A stretch of DNA of 64,000 nt from assembly GCA_963702845.1 (NCBI GenBank), contig OY969763.1, positions 5,088,001 through 5,152,000 on the forward strand. The letters run 5' to 3'. The notes beneath the pieces were generated by a model. That model saw nothing but the letters and a program-made list of their open reading frames with translations, was not told the origin of the DNA and did not search any database. This document shows positions 58,613 to 64,000 of this stretch, one piece after another. The first letter of the stretch is position 1. Every line of letters starts with the position of its first letter. The position numbers and the translations under genes were made by a program. Source of the stretch: an uncultured Verrucomicrobiae bacterium. GTDB taxonomy: Bacteria; Verrucomicrobiota; Verrucomicrobiia; Limisphaerales; Palsa-1400.

Positions 58613-58615
58613 TTA

Positions 58616-59338
58616 TTACGACGGTTGCGGCTTTTCTTCAGCGGCCGCCTTCTCCGCTTTCAACATCGCTAATGCCGCGATCGCTGCTTCGCTTTCTGCC
58701 GATTTCTTGCTCTTGCCTTTGCCGCGGCCGAGTTCGAGGCCGCAGTGGCTGACGACGCATTCGAATTCGCGATCGTGATCCGGGCCGGTCGCTTGGGCCA
58801 AGTGGTATTGCGGAGCTTCGGGAGATTTGGATTGGAGGATTTCCTGCAGTTCGCCTTTCGGATTGTCTAAGGTGGGGATCGAGGTCAGTTCGCCGAAGGC
58901 TTGCCGGAAGGAGTTCAGGACGAAGGCGCGGGCACCTTCGTAACCGCCGTCCAAAAAGATTGCGCCGATGACGGCTTCGAAGGCGTCGGCCAAGGCCGAG
59001 GCGCGACTGCGACCGAGGTTGGCTTCTTCGCCGCGGCTCAGAATCAGGAAATCTTGCAAACGAATGCTCTTGGCTTGTTCGGCAAGGGTGCGGCGATTGA
59101 TCATTTGCGCGCGGGCTTTGGTGAGCGGGCCTTCGCTGACTTCGGAAAACTTGTCGTAGAGTTCGCGGGTCAAGATGAGGCCGAGCACGGCGTCACCGAG
59201 AAATTCGAGGCGTTGGTTGTGTTGGATGGACCGGCCGAGTTCGTGGGCGACGGACGGATGGGTCAAAGCAAGGGTGAGCAACGCTTCATCTTTGAAGCGA
59301 TACTCCAAAATATTCTGAAACTCGTTCAGGTCAGACAC
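58616..59338 (-). CDS. rnc: Ribonuclease III
   Basis: ALTHPS, NQRLEFLGDAVL, ADAFEAVIGAIFLDGG and a dsRBD (GPDH, GKSKKSAE). Confidence 0.97.
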   Translation of the reverse strand: MSDLNEFQNILEYRFKDEALLTLALTHPSVAHELGRSIQHNQRLEFLGDAVLGLILTRELYDKFSEVSEGPLTKARAQMINRRTLAEQAKSIRLQDFLILSRGEEANLGRSRASALADAFEAVIGAIFLDGGYEGARAFVLNSFRQAFGELTSIPTLDNPKGELQEILQSKSPEAPQYHLAQATGPDHDREFECVVSHCGLELGRGKGKSKKSAESEAAIAALAMLKAEKAAAEEKPQPS

Positions 59339-59385
59339 AGTAGTAAACTAAACCCGAAGCACGAAATTCGAAGCACGAAATAAAA

Positions 59386-60030
59386 TCAAGTCGTTGCGGC
59401 AGGTTCTGCGTCAGTGACGACCTGAGGTTCGGTTGCGGGAGGTTCCGAAACAGGCGTCGCCTCAACTTCGCCCTCGGTGGCGGCAGGTTGAGCTACAGCG
59501 GGGGCTTCCGGTTGTGGCGGGTTTAAACCGTGTTCCATCAGATACGCGACATCGCGTTGGACCTGATCGAGCTGGTTCAATTGCAGGTTAGGATCGGTAA
59601 TCGTGAAAATGTCGCCGCTGGCCGGATGTTCGTAAATGAACACGCGGCCGCCTTCTTTTTTGATCTGCTCTTTCACTTTCAAGATGCGTTTGCGTTCGAG
59701 CATGACGGCAAGGATGAAGCAGGCCGGGCCGTGTTTGGGGTCGTTCAGCTCGATAAGTTTGCGCAAGATTGTCTCGGCGTTTTCTTTTTGCATCGGCTCC
59801 GGAGCATGAGCGGGCGGAGCGATGTAGATACCTTTCCAAAATGAAATGAAACCTTTGCGATCAATGGAGCCGCCGCCGTATTGGGTGTCCCAGCAGGATT
59901 GGCAGATGTCCTGGCGGAGGTATTCGGATTTTTCGGTAAAGAGCAGCGTGTGATAGGGCTGCTTGTCTGCAAATGGTTTTTCGCAAGCCTGACAGCCGTG
60001 GGAACGCGATTGGATGTTCCAGTCGATCAT
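59386..60030 (-). CDS. Conserved-looking hypothetical protein with two CxxC pairs
   Basis: CQAC...RQDICQSCW, LAVMLERKRILK and an acidic Pro/Ala tail; co-oriented with rnc. Confidence 0.8.
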   Translation of the reverse strand: MIDWNIQSRSHGCQACEKPFADKQPYHTLLFTEKSEYLRQDICQSCWDTQYGGGSIDRKGFISFWKGIYIAPPAHAPEPMQKENAETILRKLIELNDPKHGPACFILAVMLERKRILKVKEQIKKEGGRVFIYEHPASGDIFTITDPNLQLNQLDQVQRDVAYLMEHGLNPPQPEAPAVAQPAATEGEVEATPVSEPPATEPQVVTDAEPAATT

Positions 60031-60114
60031 TGAGCGCCATTATTGGGAAATTCGCGGAAAGTGGAAGGGGAAAGTGGCCGAAAGTCGAAGGTCGAGAGTC
60101 GACAGACAGTGCAG

Positions 60115-61104
60115 CTACGTCGTGAGATCCTTAACATAGGCGAACAACGCCGGGGCGCCGCCGGTGTGCCAGAAGAGGACGGTTTCGGTTTTGGCGATTT
60201 GGCCTTTGCGGATCATGTCGAGCATCGCACCGAAGGCGCGGCCGGCGTAGACGGGATCAAGCAGGATGCCTTGGGTCTGGGCGAGCATGCGGATGGCTTC
60301 GCGTTCTAAATCGCCGACCATTCCGTAGCCCGCGCCTGCGTAACCGCGCACGACTTCGAAGTCTTTGGGCGTGAAACGATGGTTTATGCCCAAACGCGTG
60401 GCGCAATCGTTGGCCACCTCGGCGAGTTCTTGTTCGTAAAGGTTGAGGTCGCGTTCGTCTTTGTCGATGCCGATGGCGGTGAGTTGGCCTTTGAATCCGG
60501 CCAAACGCGCGCCCACGACCATGCCCGCTTGTGTGCCGCCGGAGCTGGTGCCGAAAACGATTCGGTCGATGTGGCGCTTGTCGAGCTGCTCCATCAGCTC
60601 AGTCATCGCGGTGACGTAGCCGAGTGCGCCGATGCCGTTGGAGCCGCCGACGGGAATGAGATACGGTTTGCGCCCGGCTTTTTTCAATTGGTCGACCAGC
60701 TCGGCTGATTTTGCGGCACGTTGCGGGCGTTCAATCCAGTGAATGGTCGCGCCGAAGAGTTCGTCGAGGAACAGGTTGCCTTGCGGGACGTCGGGCTTTT
60801 TGCCGTTGAGGATTAGCTCACATTTCAATCCACACGCGGCGGCGGCCGCAGCGGTTTGGCGGCAGTGATTTGATTGAGCAGCCCCGAGAGTTATTAATGT
60901 GTCACATCCCTGAGCCAGCGCATCGGCGAGGAGAAATTCGAGTTTGCGCACTTTATTACCGCCGAGGGCGAGTCCGGTCTGGTCGTCGCGTTTGATTAGA
61001 ATTTTAGGGCCGCCAAGCTTAGCAGAAAGCGTGCGGAGTTCTTCGAGCGGAGTTGGTAAATGAGCGAGTTGGACGCGGGAAAGTTTGACCGTAGTCGCGG
61101 ACAT
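60115..61104 (-). CDS. D-cysteine desulfhydrase / ACC deaminase family PLP enzyme
   Basis: KRDDQTGLALGGNKVRKLE, QSNHCR, SSGGTQAG, LDPVY and FWHTGG. Confidence 0.9.
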   Translation of the reverse strand: MSATTVKLSRVQLAHLPTPLEELRTLSAKLGGPKILIKRDDQTGLALGGNKVRKLEFLLADALAQGCDTLITLGAAQSNHCRQTAAAAAACGLKCELILNGKKPDVPQGNLFLDELFGATIHWIERPQRAAKSAELVDQLKKAGRKPYLIPVGGSNGIGALGYVTAMTELMEQLDKRHIDRIVFGTSSGGTQAGMVVGARLAGFKGQLTAIGIDKDERDLNLYEQELAEVANDCATRLGINHRFTPKDFEVVRGYAGAGYGMVGDLEREAIRMLAQTQGILLDPVYAGRAFGAMLDMIRKGQIAKTETVLFWHTGGAPALFAYVKDLTT

Positions 61105-61224
61105 GAGGGTTGAATAACAGGTTCGTGCGATGATGCCAATGCTAACGGAAGGACGGCCCGAAGATGGAACTCCATACGCTAAACCGCTTGCTTACGGGCG
61201 CGGCTGTGTTGATATACGGCGCGA

Positions 61225-62148
61225 GTGTTTCCGGCATTCTTAACCACCATTTTGTTTTCGATCTCGATCGTGTGCGCAACGCGATCGGCGAGAATGCTTG
61301 GAGGGACGGAAGCAAATTTTTGGCGCATCGCTTTTGCCACGGTGTTCCTCGCGTTTTGGGCGCATCTGTTCGGACAAGGAATGGGCGGCGATTCGTTTCC
61401 GCTGTTTTTTTTCAGCGGCGTGGTCGGCGTTGGTGCGGATGTTTTCTTGTTTCAAGCACTGCCGCGCATCGGGTCGCGTTTGAGTTCGTTGCTGGTTCAG
61501 TGCGGTTCGGCGTTGGCAGCGGCAGCGATCGAGTTCATTTGGCTCGGAACGCGGTTAACGACCCCGCAGATCGCGGCGTGTTGCACGATTCTGCTCGGTG
61601 TCGCGATTGCGTTGTCGCCGGGGGGGCATCTGAATGTCCCGCGTAAGGTGTTGGTCGCTGGGGTCATTTTCTCGATTTTGGCGGCATTGGGGAATGGCTA
61701 TGGCGCGGTCATCAGCCGAAAGGCATTTGCCGTGGCGGCAGCGGCGCATCAACAGATCGACGGCGGGACCGCGGGGTATCAGCGGTTGCTCGGTGGACTA
61801 TTGGTAGCGGCAATTTCGATTTTGATTGTGAAACGGCGCGAAGTGTTGGCGCAGATTACCAATTCAGAAGCACCACGAATTCCGAGTGGAGAAAAATGGA
61901 AGCGCGCCTGGATATGGATTTTTTTTAATAGCCTCGCCGGCCAAACTATCGGCGCGAGTTGCTTTCAATGGGCATTGAAAACGACGCCTACGGGGCTGGT
62001 GCTGGCAATGGTGTCGACGACGCCGCTCGTGATTATTCCGTTTGCGTGGAAGTTTGAAGGGGACAAGGCGCATCGGCGTTCGATCATCGGCGGCGCAGTT
62101 GCGGTGGCAGGAGCGATTGCGTTGGTGTTGGTGGCGCGGAGGGGTTGA
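61225..62148 (+). CDS. DMT/EamA family transporter
   Basis: About 10 TM helices arranged as two EamA-like halves. Confidence 0.85.
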   Translation: MFPAFLTTILFSISIVCATRSARMLGGTEANFWRIAFATVFLAFWAHLFGQGMGGDSFPLFFFSGVVGVGADVFLFQALPRIGSRLSSLLVQCGSALAAAAIEFIWLGTRLTTPQIAACCTILLGVAIALSPGGHLNVPRKVLVAGVIFSILAALGNGYGAVISRKAFAVAAAAHQQIDGGTAGYQRLLGGLLVAAISILIVKRREVLAQITNSEAPRIPSGEKWKRAWIWIFFNSLAGQTIGASCFQWALKTTPTGLVLAMVSTTPLVIIPFAWKFEGDKAHRRSIIGGAVAVAGAIALVLVARRG

Positions 62149-62217
62149 TGGGTCATGGGTGATGGTTAAATGATTCGTGCGTTTGACTGGCAGTGAAGGG
62201 CCACATAGTTTGCGTTC

Positions 62218-62868
62218 ATGGAATCGATGGAACAGAAGAAGGCGCGCGTGGTGAAGATCATCGCGATCCTCAAAAAGACGCATCCAGATGCAAAGTTGGC
62301 GTTGGATTTTAAAAACCCGCTCGAATTGCTCATTGCGCTCATGCTCGCGGCGCAGTGTCGTGATGATTTGGTGAACACGGTGACGCCGCCACTTTTTGAG
62401 AAATACAAAACGGCGGCTGATTGGGCGAAGGCCGATCCGGCGACGTTGCAGGAGGAAATTCGCAAGATCACTTTTTTCCGCAACAAAACGAAATCGATTC
62501 AGAAAGCGACGAGCATGTTGGTGGAGAAGTTCGGCGGCAAGGTGCCGGACAATTTAGAAGACCTGCTCAGCGTTCCGGGCGTTGGTCGTAAGACGGCGAA
62601 TGTGTTGCTCGGGAATGCGTTTGGGATTCCTGGGATCGGAGTGGATCGGCACGTCGCGCGCGTGTCAGGGCGATTGGGGCTCACGAAGAATGAAGATCCG
62701 GACAAAATTGAAGATGACCTCACGCCGATCGTGCCGGTGAAGGAGCAGATTAAGTTCTGTCACTTGTTGCAGTATCACGGACGGCGGATTTGCGTGGCGC
62801 GGGTTCCGAAATGTCCGGAGTGTCCGGTGAATGAGCTTTGTTTTTATCCGAATAAGACGAAGGGTTAG
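62218..62868 (+). CDS. nth: Endonuclease III
   Basis: HhH motif PGVGRKTAN, VDRHV and the Fe-S motif C-x6-C-x2-C-x5-C. Confidence 0.93.
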   Translation: MESMEQKKARVVKIIAILKKTHPDAKLALDFKNPLELLIALMLAAQCRDDLVNTVTPPLFEKYKTAADWAKADPATLQEEIRKITFFRNKTKSIQKATSMLVEKFGGKVPDNLEDLLSVPGVGRKTANVLLGNAFGIPGIGVDRHVARVSGRLGLTKNEDPDKIEDDLTPIVPVKEQIKFCHLLQYHGRRICVARVPKCPECPVNELCFYPNKTKG

Positions 62869-62871
62869 AGA

Positions 62872-62951
62872 CAACGCAAAGACGCAAAGAAGCAAAGGCG
62901 CTAAGAGAAAGAAAAAGGTTTTCCTTTTAGCGCCTTTGCCGCTTTGCATTG
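62872..62951. repeat. Palindromic element between convergent genes
   Basis: GCAAAGAAGCAAAGGCGCTAAG...TTTAGCGCCTTTGCCGCTTTGC, built from GCAAAG units. Confidence 0.7.
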
Positions 62952-62956
62952 ATTAT

Positions 62957-63634
62957 TTAGCGATCGTTGAGGCTGTGGACCCACTGGATCGCTTGCTGTA
63001 ACAGTTGCGTGCCGTCGTCGAGTTTGAGTTTGTCTTTGATGCGGGCGCGGTAGGATTCGACGGTCTTGATGCCAAGATGGAGTTCTTCGGCGATTTTGCG
63101 CGTGCCCTGGCCCTTACCGATGAGTTGAAACACTTCCAGTTCGCGGTCGGTGAGGCGTTCGACGGGTGAGCTGTGTTCCTGCTGACGACCGGCGACGAGT
63201 TTGTGGACCATGCGCGCGGCCATTTTTTCGCTAACGTAAATCTGTCCGCCCAGGACCTGGCGAATGGCTTGCAGAACTTTGCGCGTTGATTCCTGCTTGG
63301 TGATGTAGCCCATTGCACCGGCGCGAAGCACTCGTTCGGCGTAGAGCGATTCATCGTGCATCGACAGGCAGAGCACCGGCAGCTTCGGGAATTGCGCCTG
63401 GAGGTCTTTTACCAACTCAAGTCCGTGCGTTGTCTTCAACGAAATGTCGGCGATGACGATGTCGGGTTTGGTTTCGCCGATTTTGGTAATAGCGTCGTGG
63501 GTGTCTTCGGCCTCGCCACAAACGGTCAGGTCGGCCTCGCGTCCAATCAATTGTGAAAGCCATTCCCGGACGAGAGGATGGTCATCGACGAGAAAAACTT
63601 TTGCCTTCATATCATTTTTGGGGCGCGTGGACAT
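62957..63634 (-). CDS. NarL/LuxR family response regulator
   Basis: LVDDHPLVR, SMHDE and the LTDRELEVF...KTVESYR HTH. Confidence 0.95.
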   Translation of the reverse strand: MSTRPKNDMKAKVFLVDDHPLVREWLSQLIGREADLTVCGEAEDTHDAITKIGETKPDIVIADISLKTTHGLELVKDLQAQFPKLPVLCLSMHDESLYAERVLRAGAMGYITKQESTRKVLQAIRQVLGGQIYVSEKMAARMVHKLVAGRQQEHSSPVERLTDRELEVFQLIGKGQGTRKIAEELHLGIKTVESYRARIKDKLKLDDGTQLLQQAIQWVHSLNDR

Positions 63635-64000
63635 GTTCGGAGTCTAGTTTGTTTTGGTTGCGAAATGAACAAATAACTATCGTGCCGCCGCGAGCGCCAC
63701 GACGAATTTCGAGCGAGGCGCCGATCATTCGTGCGCGATAATTCATAATGTGTAAACCCATGCCGTGCGAGCGTTCGAGCTTATTCGGAAAGCCGATCCC
63801 ATCGTCATTCACCGTCAACGTGACTTCATCTTCCACCGCGCCGATGCCGATTGAAATGGTCTTGGCGCGGCTGTGTTTGACGGCGTTGTTGACGGCTTCC
63901 TGGGCGATGCGAAAGAGGTTGATGGCCGAGACTTCGTCGTTGATGAACACCGGTTCGTCGACGGTAAATCGGCAATGGATGCGCGAGCGCGCTTGCACGG
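63612..64000 (-). CDS. Sensor histidine kinase, HisKA_3 type (3' end only)
   Basis: LFRIAQEAVNNAVKHS, DDGIG and GMGLHIMNYRA. Confidence 0.9.
   Translation of the reverse strand, partial: VQARSRIHCRFTVDEPVFINDEVSAINLFRIAQEAVNNAVKHSRAKTISIGIGAVEDEVTLTVNDDGIGFPNKLERSHGMGLHIMNYRARMIGASLEIRRGARGGTIVICSFRNQNKLDSEHVHAPQK

Overview
A mostly gene-dense bacterial chromosome segment of about 55% GC by eye. Gene content and style (PEP-CTERM prsK/prsR, H-X9-DG prepilin-like protein, TMTC-like TPR protein, DUF2339, BBP2 porin) suggest Verrucomicrobiota, probably subdivision 3 (Pedosphaera-like); this is an inference. Housekeeping genes: purB, ispH, dgt, argA, nusB, ftsY, ribD, ribE, glnE, glmM, sufB, rnc, nth and tRNA-Leu(TAG). 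Other systems: an Mla/Pqi-type ABC operon, a lipoprotein-GspS-DUF350 operon and a 2097-aa poly-HAMP hybrid kinase. An accessory patch lies between sufB and rnc (about 50.6-58.5 kb). No CRISPR array, transposase, integrase or prophage gene was seen. The most unusual signals are non-coding. (1) Three dispersed ~110-bp elements (14.8, 34.35, 53.3 kb) share one geometry: a CCGTNNN box repeated 8 bp later and again exactly 43 bp after that, with the box sequence changing in concert within each copy. (2) Several unrelated motifs are repeated 3-5 times at an exact 10-bp period. (3) A ~100-bp inverted-repeat pair brackets two small genes. (4) A 21-bp tandem array encodes a heptad-repeat ORF that exactly fills the gap in a kinase/response-regulator operon. 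(5) An intergenic repeat appears to have been recruited as a lipoprotein signal peptide. Two apparent frameshifts are also present. Product calls rest on motif recognition only; no database searches were run.
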